This document shows, one piece after another, positions 13,880-21,898 of a stretch of DNA of 64,000 nt (positions within the stretch are counted from its first letter, which is position 1; each line of letters begins with the position of its first letter). The notes beneath the pieces are model-generated. The model saw only the letters and a list, made by a program, of their open reading frames with translations. It ran no database searches and was not told the origin of the DNA. The position numbers and the translations under genes are program-made. Origin of the DNA: an uncultured Holdemanella sp. (lineage in GTDB: Bacteria; Bacillota_I; Bacilli_A; Erysipelotrichales; Erysipelotrichaceae); contig NZ_CAKVMR010000003.1 of the NCBI RefSeq assembly GCF_934772795.1, positions 831-64,830 on the forward strand, read 5' to 3'.

Positions 13880-14426
13880 TGTGAGTTATCAAATAGAATA
13901 GAAAAGATTTACAGTGAGAAATTAAGCTGAAAAAATCCGTAAAAACCCGTAAAAAGTTTAAAAAAGCCCATAAAATCGTGCAATTTCGAGTGAAATTACT
14001 GTAATACTATGAAAAACAGTAATTTTTATTTTGCAACAAAAAAATCATAAAAAAAGAGCATTTTTGAAGAATAGTCGAATTTTAAAAAAATAATGAAAAA
14101 TGAACTTTTAAAAACCTTTTACTACCTTTTAAACAAAAATAAAAAAAGTCAATAATCGCCGATAAATAAAGGCTTTTATGACTTTTAAAAGGTAAGTTTT
14201 AAGGTTTTAAAAGAATTAAAAATCTGTATATATAAATTTAATTTTAAGAGGTAAAAAAAGAAATCTCACTGTAAGTTTTTAGGATTTTCACTGTAAATTC
14301 TCAAAAACCCCCATTTTATCGGCTTTTTTATAGTTTTCAACAACCTTTTAATAAAAATGGATTTACAGTGAGATTTTCAAAAAAAGACTAATTTTTTTAC
14401 GTTTCTTAAAAGGTGATTTTAAGCTA

Positions 14427-14624
14427 TTATTTTTTACTAATTTCATCAGCTTTTTGAATAGTATTATTCATGGCTTCACGAATAGCGTCTGCTTGACTAA
14501 TTCCAAGAATTTTACATGCCTCTTTGAATTGATCTACGAAGTCTTTTTTAAAGCTCGCACGAACAGGTTTCATGTTCTCTTTTCTCCATTCTCGTTTATA
14601 TTCATTTTCATTAAATTCAGTCAT
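14427..14624 (-). CDS. small DNA-binding protein, ribbon-helix-helix-like
   Basis: VRASFKK..DQFKEACKILGISQADAIREAM pattern; SD GAGGTG. Confidence 0.55.
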   Translation of the reverse strand: MTEFNENEYKREWRKENMKPVRASFKKDFVDQFKEACKILGISQADAIREAMNNTIQKADEISKK

Positions 14625-14787
14625 TTAAATCACCTCTTTTTCTGTAGTTGATATAGCATGCAATCATTGCTATACAGCTGATCCATTTCGTAATATCAAA
14701 AATAGTAGGATTGGCAAACTCTCCTTCGAAGCCTTCAATAATAACAACTAAGGATAATGCGCATACAATAATATCTAAGATTTTCAT
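14617..14787 (-). CDS. small two-TM membrane peptide, 56 aa (not in ORF track)
   Basis: Translates MKILDIIVCALSLVVIIEGFEGEFANPTIFDITKWISCIAMIACYINYRKRGDLND; overlaps next gene start. Confidence 0.55.
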   Translation of the reverse strand: MKILDIIVCALSLVVIIEGFEGEFANPTIFDITKWISCIAMIACYINYRKRGDLND

Positions 14788-14844
14788 TGATGATGATAGA
14801 CGAACATGTTATATTATAATTGAAATAGGGAGATGAGGTTTCCC

Positions 14845-14997
14845 TCATCTTTTAACCCTTTTTCGAGATTTGGATTTGGACTTCTTGGATTTTTTTCTAG
14901 CAGTAATAATGGTAGTAATGATTAAGCAGATCGAACTAACAATTGCTAGGAAAGCTTCTGAGAGGTCTTTTATAATCTCGCTAATATGTTCATCCAT
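14845..14997 (-). CDS. small membrane peptide with basic tail, 50 aa (type I toxin-like; not in ORF track)
   Basis: Strong SD AGGAGGTG; MDEHISEIIKDLSEAFLAIVSSICLIITTIITARKKSKKSKSKSRKRVKR. Confidence 0.65.
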   Translation of the reverse strand: MDEHISEIIKDLSEAFLAIVSSICLIITTIITARKKSKKSKSKSRKRVKR

Positions 14998-15027
14998 CTT
15001 AACACCTCCTTCCCTCTTTACATTATT

Positions 15028-15056
15028 ATTATAACATAGTATACCTACTATGTCAA
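15028..15056 (-). promoter_or_regulatory. consensus sigma-A promoter with palindromic operator in spacer
   Basis: Minus strand TTGACA-17nt-TATAAT; inverted repeat ACATAGTA-tacc-TACTATGT (15034-15053). Confidence 0.8.
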
Positions 15057-15183
15057 TGAAAACATAAAAAAGATGCAGATTTTATAATGGAATTTGCATC
15101 TTTTTTTTATAAAAATATCGTATTTTGATATATCCTATCGCACTTGGATATAAGGGAAGATAAAGTCTAATATATGTAGTATT

Positions 15184-15642
15184 TTAGTCGTGGGTTTTAT
15201 TAACTTTTAATGTATCGTTAATTGTTTTTAAATTAAGCATTGCCATGTAAAGAACTTTCTTTTTCTCTTCTTTTTTATTAGACATTAAGATACTTTGCAA
15301 TTCAGAAATTATTGTAAAAATTGCATGTTGGTTATCTTCGTCTTCTTGTTCAAATATATTTAATACTCTTTTAAGCATTTGAGGGAATTCGTTATTTATA
15401 GAATTTAGAACATCTAAATCATCCCATATCATAGGCTCTCTTATATCTGTTTCTCCACGCAAAAAAGATCCACTCACATTAAAAAATTTTTCTAGTGCAA
15501 CCATATTCTGTGAGCTAGGTTCTCTTACGCCACGTTCCCAATTCATAATTGTTCTAAATGGAATATTTAATTGTTCACCCATTTGTTTTTGCGTTAAACC
15601 TTTTTCTTTTCTTAAAAGTCTTATGTTGTCAGCGAGCTTCAC
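15184..15642 (-). CDS. prophage repressor, XRE-family HTH
   Basis: IRLLRKEKGLTQKQMG...TIMNWERGVREP; divergent from early operon; GTG start after SD GAGGTG. Confidence 0.85.
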   Translation of the reverse strand: MKLADNIRLLRKEKGLTQKQMGEQLNIPFRTIMNWERGVREPSSQNMVALEKFFNVSGSFLRGETDIREPMIWDDLDVLNSINNEFPQMLKRVLNIFEQEDEDNQHAIFTIISELQSILMSNKKEEKKKVLYMAMLNLKTINDTLKVNKTHD

Positions 15643-15674
15643 GCTTATCACCTCTTTTATAGTATAGCAATTAT

Positions 15675-15775
15675 GTAACCACTTGGATAGAAAAAACACA
15701 TCTAATAAATAAAAAAACGTCTTGACCTAACCATGTGGGTATCTTATAATATAACTAATGTAGCCATATGGATAC
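15675..15775. promoter_or_regulatory. immunity region: three quasi-palindromic operators plus early promoter
   Basis: GTAACCACTTGGATAG (15675), CTAACCATGTGGGTAT (15727), GTAGCCATATGGATAC (15760); promoter TTGACC-17-TATAAT at 15722-15750. Confidence 0.75.
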
Positions 15776-15791
15776 ATTTGGAGGTGATTAT

Positions 15792-16001
15792 ATGTATTTA
15801 ATACCAAATATTGACGAAATCAAAAAGAAGAGAAAAGCTAAAGGTTTGTCTAAATGCAAATTATCTATTGAGGCAGGCTTAGGTAATCAAGCTCTAAGCA
15901 GAATTGAAAGGCAAGAAACAAAAAAGATACATCCGTTAAGAGCTAAAGAAATTGCAAGAGTATTGGAATGTAATGTAAATGATATTTTTAAGGAGGAATA
16001 A
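15792..16001 (+). CDS. Cro/Ner-like HTH regulator
   Basis: Small XRE HTH, first gene of early operon, SD GGAGGTG. Confidence 0.8.
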   Translation: MYLIPNIDEIKKKRKAKGLSKCKLSIEAGLGNQALSRIERQETKKIHPLRAKEIARVLECNVNDIFKEE

Positions 16002-16003
16002 TA

Positions 16004-16606
16004 ATGATTATTTTCTATTATAACGATAACAAACAAAACAATAACAAGGGTGTTAAAACCGAAGAAATAGATCGCATATTTTCTCACATAGAAAGGGCAT
16101 CCGAATCCAACATAGACGTTGAACAATGTGAAATAGACACATTAGTTGAAGAAACGAGTGAACATAAAACAAATAATTTTAGTAAAAATCTTCGTTTATT
16201 AAGAAAATCTTTCAAACTTAAACAAGAAGATATTGAAGAAAAAACTAATATTTCTCATCACACAATTGCAAGTTATGAAATTGGTAGACGTGAACCTACA
16301 GCTAAAAACCTTTGCTTGCTTGCAAAACTCTTCAATGTAAATCCTATGTACTTAATGGAGAATGACTTATCTAAACACAAATATTTGCATGTTGTTAGTA
16401 AGAGCAATAGTTTTGCAGAGAATTTAAAAATAATAAGAAATTCTTTAAAAATGACACAAAAAGAATTTGCTTATTACACTGGCTTAACTCTCAAATCAGT
16501 TATTAATTATGAAAATAAAGTTCATTTACCTGATTATTCAAGTTTAAAAATACTAGCTGAGAAGCTGGTTATAGATCCATTTGAATTAGTGGGTACTGGT
16601 AAATAA
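16004..16606 (+). CDS. protein with two tandem XRE HTH domains
   Basis: FSKNLRLLRK...SYEIGRREP and FAENLKIIRN...NYENKVHLP. Confidence 0.8.
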   Translation: MIIFYYNDNKQNNNKGVKTEEIDRIFSHIERASESNIDVEQCEIDTLVEETSEHKTNNFSKNLRLLRKSFKLKQEDIEEKTNISHHTIASYEIGRREPTAKNLCLLAKLFNVNPMYLMENDLSKHKYLHVVSKSNSFAENLKIIRNSLKMTQKEFAYYTGLTLKSVINYENKVHLPDYSSLKILAEKLVIDPFELVGTGK

Positions 16607-16614
16607 TGACCAGT

Positions 16615-16672
16615 CCTTCTTAATGCAGCCAACGGAGGTCACAAGCCCTCGTAATAATGCAGAGTGAGGAGG
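16615..16672 (+). ncRNA. twister ribozyme-like RNA (type P1), copy 1
   Basis: P1 CCTTC/GGAGG, U-AA cleavage loop, P2 TGCA/TGCA, P4 GAGG/CCTC with loop TCACAAGC, T1 TCAC/GTGA, T2 GC/GC, conserved GA. Confidence 0.85.
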
Positions 16673-16679
16673 TGGTTAA

Positions 16680-18608
16680 ATGGAGACGCTAACACTTCAA
16701 GAATTAGCAGAATTAAAAGGATGTCACAGAGTTAGAATTCAACAACTTGTCACAGAAGGATTTTATAAATCTGTACAAGTTAAAAATTCAAGAGGTAGAT
16801 TAGTTCATGCCATACCTCTAGATCAACTGACAGAAGAGGAACAACAAAAATACTACCAATCTAAGGGTATCTTAAACACTAACATTGAAGTACAGAATGC
16901 TGAAAAGCTGGAGCTTATGAGCACCCAAGAAAGAGAGGAATGTGTTTTTTGGGAAAACGTTATTAATGAATGGCAATCCTTCAGGAATAAAGAAAACGCA
17001 AGAAATAAGAGTGAAGTTGATGAACTATTCATCACAAAGATGAAGTTAGAACATCCTGAGCTTAATTTCTCTACAAGTATTCTTTACCGCAAGTTTAAAG
17101 CTTTAAAAAATGGAGATCTAGAAGGCTTGATTGATAAACGAGGAAAAAAGAAAAAAGGCTACACGAAAATTGATGAACATGTGTGGCAAGTATTCTTGAG
17201 CTTCTTGTTAGATCAAGCAAAGCATCCACTTAGAAAATGCTATCAATATACTCAACTATATATTCAAAATACAGCACCTGAGTTATATGAGGATATACCA
17301 GCTTATTGTACTTTTACAAGACATGTAAAAGCCGATATTCCTGATGCAATCTTAACTCTTGGAAGAGATGGAGATAAGGCATTTGATGATAGATGTGCGC
17401 CATACATACGAAGAACTTATGACAACATGGATTCGAATGACTACTGGATTGGAGACAACCATACAATCGATGTAATTGTTGGGGATGGCGAAAAGACGTT
17501 CAGACTTTACCTAACAGCCTTTATGGATGCACGAAGCGGAATTATGACATGTATCTACATTACAGATACCCCATCATCGCAAGCTTCAATTTATTCATTA
17601 AGACGAGGTATCAAGAAGTATGGAATACCTAAAAATGTTTACTTAGATAATGGTCGAGAGTTCTTAACATTTGACTTTGGCGGTTCAGGACACAGAAAAA
17701 AGAAAAAGGACGAAGATAAATTTACTCCTCCTCCGATTCTTGAACGCTTAGGAATCAATATGGTCAATGCACTCGTTAGAAACGCAAAAGCTAAGATTAT
17801 TGAACGAAGATTCTTAGATTTCAAAAATAGTATTTCTAGATTATTTGCAACTTATACAGGTGGAAATGTAGTTGAAAAGCCTGAGATCTTAAAAGTTGAA
17901 CTTAAAAACGGAAATATACCTGAAAAACAAGCATTTATCAAAGAAATAGAAGAGCTGATTGAATATTACTTGAATTATGAAGAATACAACGGTGCAGTTG
18001 CAGCGGATAAAGGTAAAAGAAAGATTGATGTTTATCAGGAAAACCTACATACGAAGACAACCGCAACCGAAGAGCAGTTAAATCTTATGATGTTAAGATC
18101 CACTCGAGCTCAAAAAGTGACAAGACGTGGCGTTAGTTTGAAGATTGGTGGAACTCAGCTGGATTACTTCAACAATGAATTAATCATGCAGATGCTGAAT
18201 AAGAAAGTTTATCTAAGATATGATCCAGATGATTTATCCAGAGTTAGAGTATATGACCTTGATGATAGATTCATCATGGAAGTTGAAGCAGACAATGTCG
18301 CAGTACTTGAATACGGCGCAAGTAAGGACGAAGTAAAACTTGCGATGGCTAAAACTAGAGAACTTAAGAAAGTTGCGAAGGAAGCAATCAAGGATTCAAT
18401 CATTGCTAATATCGATAGAAATACTGCACTTGAATTGTTGCTGAAATCTGCTAAAGACAACAAAGACAGTGATGTTTCTAAACCAAACTACGATTTAGAG
18501 ATCTTAAATGCGGATGAAAAGCCAATGTTATACAAAGTGCATGATGTGGATTTAGACAAGATGAATATAAACTCAATTAAGCGACAAGGAGGAGATTATT
18601 ATGCTTAA
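16680..18608 (+). CDS. MuA-like DDE transposase
   Basis: WIGDNHTID, YLDNGREF, AKIIERRF catalytic motifs; C-terminal VYLRYDPDDLSRVRVY. Confidence 0.92.
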   Translation: METLTLQELAELKGCHRVRIQQLVTEGFYKSVQVKNSRGRLVHAIPLDQLTEEEQQKYYQSKGILNTNIEVQNAEKLELMSTQEREECVFWENVINEWQSFRNKENARNKSEVDELFITKMKLEHPELNFSTSILYRKFKALKNGDLEGLIDKRGKKKKGYTKIDEHVWQVFLSFLLDQAKHPLRKCYQYTQLYIQNTAPELYEDIPAYCTFTRHVKADIPDAILTLGRDGDKAFDDRCAPYIRRTYDNMDSNDYWIGDNHTIDVIVGDGEKTFRLYLTAFMDARSGIMTCIYITDTPSSQASIYSLRRGIKKYGIPKNVYLDNGREFLTFDFGGSGHRKKKKDEDKFTPPPILERLGINMVNALVRNAKAKIIERRFLDFKNSISRLFATYTGGNVVEKPEILKVELKNGNIPEKQAFIKEIEELIEYYLNYEEYNGAVAADKGKRKIDVYQENLHTKTTATEEQLNLMMLRSTRAQKVTRRGVSLKIGGTQLDYFNNELIMQMLNKKVYLRYDPDDLSRVRVYDLDDRFIMEVEADNVAVLEYGASKDEVKLAMAKTRELKKVAKEAIKDSIIANIDRNTALELLLKSAKDNKDSDVSKPNYDLEILNADEKPMLYKVHDVDLDKMNINSIKRQGGDYYA

Positions 18609-19548
18609 CGTTGCAGTAAAAGAAAGACTTGAGAAATACATGAAAGAAGCTGGTGTTTCTCAAGCGAAGATTGCGCCACTGATTGGCGTGAGTATGACAG
18701 CTCTTTCGCAGTATAGAGGTGGTAAATACAAAGGCGATGTAACAGCAGTAGAAGCTAAAATCGTTGAATATTTAGACACTATTACTGAACAAAAGGAAAT
18801 CAAAGAAAAGGTTCAAACATATAAACCAATGGAAGATTACATTCCTATTTCTATCAGCGAAGATATTTATAAGATGATTAGATATGCTCAATTAAATGGA
18901 GGTATCGCAATCGCCCATGGTGATGCAGGAATTGGCAAAACAAAAGCGGCGCAGAAGTATGTAAGAGAAAATCCAACGCAAGCAATCTATATGGAAATGA
19001 GTCCTGTAGCTGGAACTCTAGGCAATATGCTTAGACTTCTAGCTAGGACACTTAAAATTCCTGAAAGTAGAAACAAGATGGAGTTGATGCTTTCGATTAG
19101 AGATAAGCTTGAAGGAACAAACAGAGTGATCATCATCGATGAAGCTCAACACTTGAAATTATCGGCTCTTGAACAGATAAGAACACTTGCTGATCCAAAC
19201 TCAATCACAGGAACAAAGGGTGTTGGAATCGTGTTGATTGGTAATACAGAGGTCTATTCAAAGATGAAAGGAAAACAGGAAGCACAATTCGCTCAGCTAT
19301 TTTCAAGAATCAAGATGAGCCGATATTATTCAACATCCAATGTTACGGATGATGATGTAGAAAAATTATTCCCAGCGTTAAAACAACAAGGATTGAATAA
19401 AGAATTGAACTTCTTAAAAGGTGTTTGTAAATCAAAATGGGGCATTCGTGGAGCAACCAATGTTTATGAAAATAGCATTAACAATGATGATGTTTCAGTC
19501 AACGGACTCTTTGCCATGGCTAGAACATTAGGAATAGAGGTTATTTAA
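18601..19548 (+). CDS. MuB-like AAA+ transposition ATPase
   Basis: N-terminal HTH, GDAGIGKT Walker A, IIIDEAQHL Walker B; follows transposase. Confidence 0.92.
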   Translation: MLNVAVKERLEKYMKEAGVSQAKIAPLIGVSMTALSQYRGGKYKGDVTAVEAKIVEYLDTITEQKEIKEKVQTYKPMEDYIPISISEDIYKMIRYAQLNGGIAIAHGDAGIGKTKAAQKYVRENPTQAIYMEMSPVAGTLGNMLRLLARTLKIPESRNKMELMLSIRDKLEGTNRVIIIDEAQHLKLSALEQIRTLADPNSITGTKGVGIVLIGNTEVYSKMKGKQEAQFAQLFSRIKMSRYYSTSNVTDDDVEKLFPALKQQGLNKELNFLKGVCKSKWGIRGATNVYENSINNDDVSVNGLFAMARTLGIEVI

Positions 19549-19627
19549 CAAATGATCTATAAAATCTGCACTGCCATAGTTGTATATGCAATCTATGTAA
19601 GTATAAAAAACAATAAAAAGGAGAGAA

Positions 19628-19891
19628 ATGAAAGTGCGAAAGAGAAAAATTAAAAAAACATTGATTAGCGTTGTAATCGGAGTGATTTTAGGTGTTTTGC
19701 TTAGTCAAGTAACTTCTAAGCTAAGCATACAAGACTGTTTGTTATTAGCATCTATTCTATTGATTCTTGTGATTGTAACTGCAGCTATTATGGCTGAAGA
19801 TCTAGAGATTAGAATTAAAAAAGCCTATTTAGAAGGAAAACAAACGCTAAATTGTAAATGCACACACACATTCAAAACTGAGGACGAATAA
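19628..19891 (+). CDS. small two-TM phage protein
   Basis: SD AGGAG; two hydrophobic segments. Confidence 0.65.
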   Translation: MKVRKRKIKKTLISVVIGVILGVLLSQVTSKLSIQDCLLLASILLILVIVTAAIMAEDLEIRIKKAYLEGKQTLNCKCTHTFKTEDE

Positions 19892-19894
19892 AGT

Positions 19895-19951
19895 CCTCCT
19901 TAATGCAGCCAACGGAGGTCACAAGCCCTCGAATAATGCAGAGTGAGGAGG
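19895..19951 (+). ncRNA. twister ribozyme-like RNA (type P1), copy 2
   Basis: P1 CCTCC/GGAGG; 31-nt core TAATGCAGCCAACGGAGGTCACAAGCCCTCG identical to copies 1 and 3; T1 TCAC/GTGA. Confidence 0.85.
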
Positions 19952-19959
19952 TGAAGCTA

Positions 19960-20223
19960 ATGAGATTAGAAAAAGATTCTCTATACTTTGAAGCTAGAGT
20001 TATCACTATGGTCGGCTCATTGCATTGGTTTGGTGATACTTATCTTGCTGAAGAATTGTTAAAGCTGGCAACGAAAACAGTTTATATCCGAGATGACAGA
20101 CGATATCTATATGTTTATCGAATCAAAGAAGATGCATTGTTTAATGTAGAAAAGATACAAACGACTTTTGAATTAGTATGCAAGTTGAAAAAACATGACG
20201 ATAAAAGAAGATATGGTAACTAG
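19960..20223 (+). CDS. hypothetical protein resembling the Mu transposase C-terminal domain
   Basis: SD GGAGGTG; YLAEELLKLATKTVYIRDD..LYVY resembles YFNNELIMQMLNKKVYLRYD..VRVY of the phage's own transposase. Confidence 0.55.
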   Translation: MRLEKDSLYFEARVITMVGSLHWFGDTYLAEELLKLATKTVYIRDDRRYLYVYRIKEDALFNVEKIQTTFELVCKLKKHDDKRRYGN

Positions 20224-20244
20224 TTCTTAAAGTAGGAGGAGTAT

Positions 20245-20616
20245 ATGGCAGCGAAGAAATATAAACGTATGACCAATCGTGAAAAAGACGAAAGAAAACG
20301 TTTCAAAAAGGATTTACAGGAAAAAGGGATTATCCCGCCTGATAAGCCAAGACTAAACAGAAAGAAGTTTGCTCAAGAAGTTTGTGATGAATGGAAAGAT
20401 TACAGCTTAGTAGAATATGCAAAACTGAACACATTTATGATCGTTTTAGGAATGATGACGAATTCAGGTCGATATGGAAATGTAAGTAAAGAAGATCTTG
20501 GCATTTTAAAACTTAAGAAATGTGCGATAGTTTTAGATCAAAAGTTTCAAGAGAACGATAATAAGATGACATATGAACAGATCATTGAAGTTCTTAAACC
20601 TATATGGGAATTGTGA
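20245..20616 (+). CDS. phage hypothetical protein
   Basis: SD AGGAGG; ORF in early operon. Confidence 0.7.
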   Translation: MAAKKYKRMTNREKDERKRFKKDLQEKGIIPPDKPRLNRKKFAQEVCDEWKDYSLVEYAKLNTFMIVLGMMTNSGRYGNVSKEDLGILKLKKCAIVLDQKFQENDNKMTYEQIIEVLKPIWEL

Positions 20617-20626
20617 GGTGATAAAA

Positions 20627-20806
20627 ATGGAATATCAGAATATGACCAATGAACAAATCAAAAGAAGAATTGAATGGATTGACAGAGAGTTGTTCTGTAT
20701 CGATATGAAAGACCGATGGGATGCTTGTGATTGGAGTTTAGTGCACGAGTATGAAAAGGAAAAAAGAGAGCTTCAGGCAAAATTGGAAGCTAGAATCGAA
20801 AAATAG
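20627..20806 (+). CDS. phage hypothetical protein
   Basis: SD GAGGTG before MEYQNMTNE. Confidence 0.6.
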   Translation: MEYQNMTNEQIKRRIEWIDRELFCIDMKDRWDACDWSLVHEYEKEKRELQAKLEARIEK

Positions 20807-20807
20807 T

Positions 20808-21026
20808 ATGACTGGACAAGAATTCTTTGAAAAAGTAACTAAAAACCCAAGATACAAGCACTTATATGAAGAAAATATACACTTCAATACGCAAATGCAA
20901 TATCTCAAGTCAAAGCCCAAAGTCCTCACTTCAACCTTGCTAGGTTCAATTGCATACTTAAGCGTACTTCTTATGTATCAAGATCTAGAAAAAATAAGAG
21001 AAAGTGACAATGAAATAGGAGTTTAA
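20808..21026 (+). CDS. phage hypothetical protein
   Basis: ATG immediately after preceding stop (MTGQEFF...). Confidence 0.5.
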   Translation: MTGQEFFEKVTKNPRYKHLYEENIHFNTQMQYLKSKPKVLTSTLLGSIAYLSVLLMYQDLEKIRESDNEIGV

Positions 21027-21062
21027 CATGGATAAAAAAGTGGTTTTAAACAAACTTAAAAA

Positions 21063-21686
21063 ATGCAAGAGGATGAAGCAATGAAAAGATCTCTTCTGAT
21101 GGTTTCACTAATAATCACTATCATAGTAACGAATAAGATATATGCATTGACAATTACTCCTGCGAATAAACCAATAGAAGTCGAAACACAAATTGTTGAA
21201 ACTAAAGCTAAGGAGTTAAAAACAGAGGTCAAAACATACTACAATGTCCCTCTTGATATGGATTTGCAAGATTATATAAGAGAAGAGTGCATAGATGCAG
21301 GATTAGATATGAAATTAGTACTTGCGATTATGAAAGTAGAAAGTAATTTCAATCCAGAAGATATATCATGCACAGATGATTTTGGACTTATGCAAGTCAA
21401 TAAAGTCAATTTTGAAGAGGTAGAAAGAGAGTTAGGACTAACAAATATGCTTGATCCATACCAAGGCGCTAAGGCTGGCATCTTCTTATTAAGCAAGTTG
21501 AAATGGAACGAAAGCGAACATCAAATGCTTATGGCTTATAACATTGGTTTTGCAGGAGCTCAAAAGTTATGGGAACAAGGCATTTATGAAACAGACTACT
21601 CTAAAAAAGTATTAAAAGCAAAAGAACTGATAGGAGGTACTCAATATGAAATCACAGTATTTTGTGATCAAGAATCTGAACGGTGA
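21063..21686 (+). CDS. lytic transglycosylase (SLT domain) with N-terminal hydrophobic segment
   Basis: LAIMKVESNFNP, GLMQVN, AYNIG motifs; start probably 21081. Confidence 0.85.
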   Translation: MQEDEAMKRSLLMVSLIITIIVTNKIYALTITPANKPIEVETQIVETKAKELKTEVKTYYNVPLDMDLQDYIREECIDAGLDMKLVLAIMKVESNFNPEDISCTDDFGLMQVNKVNFEEVERELGLTNMLDPYQGAKAGIFLLSKLKWNESEHQMLMAYNIGFAGAQKLWEQGIYETDYSKKVLKAKELIGGTQYEITVFCDQESER

Positions 21687-21813
21687 AAAGCGATTTGTCG
21701 AGATTGATGAAGAGCTAACAGAGGAAGAGTTTATGGCTTACTTTTCTTTATATGTTAAAGAAGCCTATCCGATTACAGAAGATGAATACAAAAAATGCAC
21801 TGGGGATAAATAA
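21646..21813 (+). CDS. small acidic phage protein, 55 aa (not in ORF track)
   Basis: SD AGGAGG; MKSQYFVIKNLNGEKRFVEIDEEL...CTGDK. Confidence 0.65.
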   Translation: MKSQYFVIKNLNGEKRFVEIDEELTEEEFMAYFSLYVKEAYPITEDEYKKCTGDK

Positions 21814-21818
21814 CCCAT

Positions 21819-21873
21819 TGCTCTAATGCAGCCAACGGAGGTCACAAGCCCTCGGATAATGCAGAGTGGAGCA
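21819..21873 (+). ncRNA. twister ribozyme-like RNA (type P1), copy 3
   Basis: Same core; compensatory P1 TGCT/AGCA; T1 TCAC/GTGG. Confidence 0.82.
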
Positions 21874-21898
21874 TAGGAAAACAAAGGAGGAAAAACAG

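Noticed and set aside
19903..19959. ORF-track start at 19903 (MQPTEVTSPR...)
   Set aside because: The ATG lies inside the ribozyme core without an SD; the real start is more likely 19960 after GGAGGTG.
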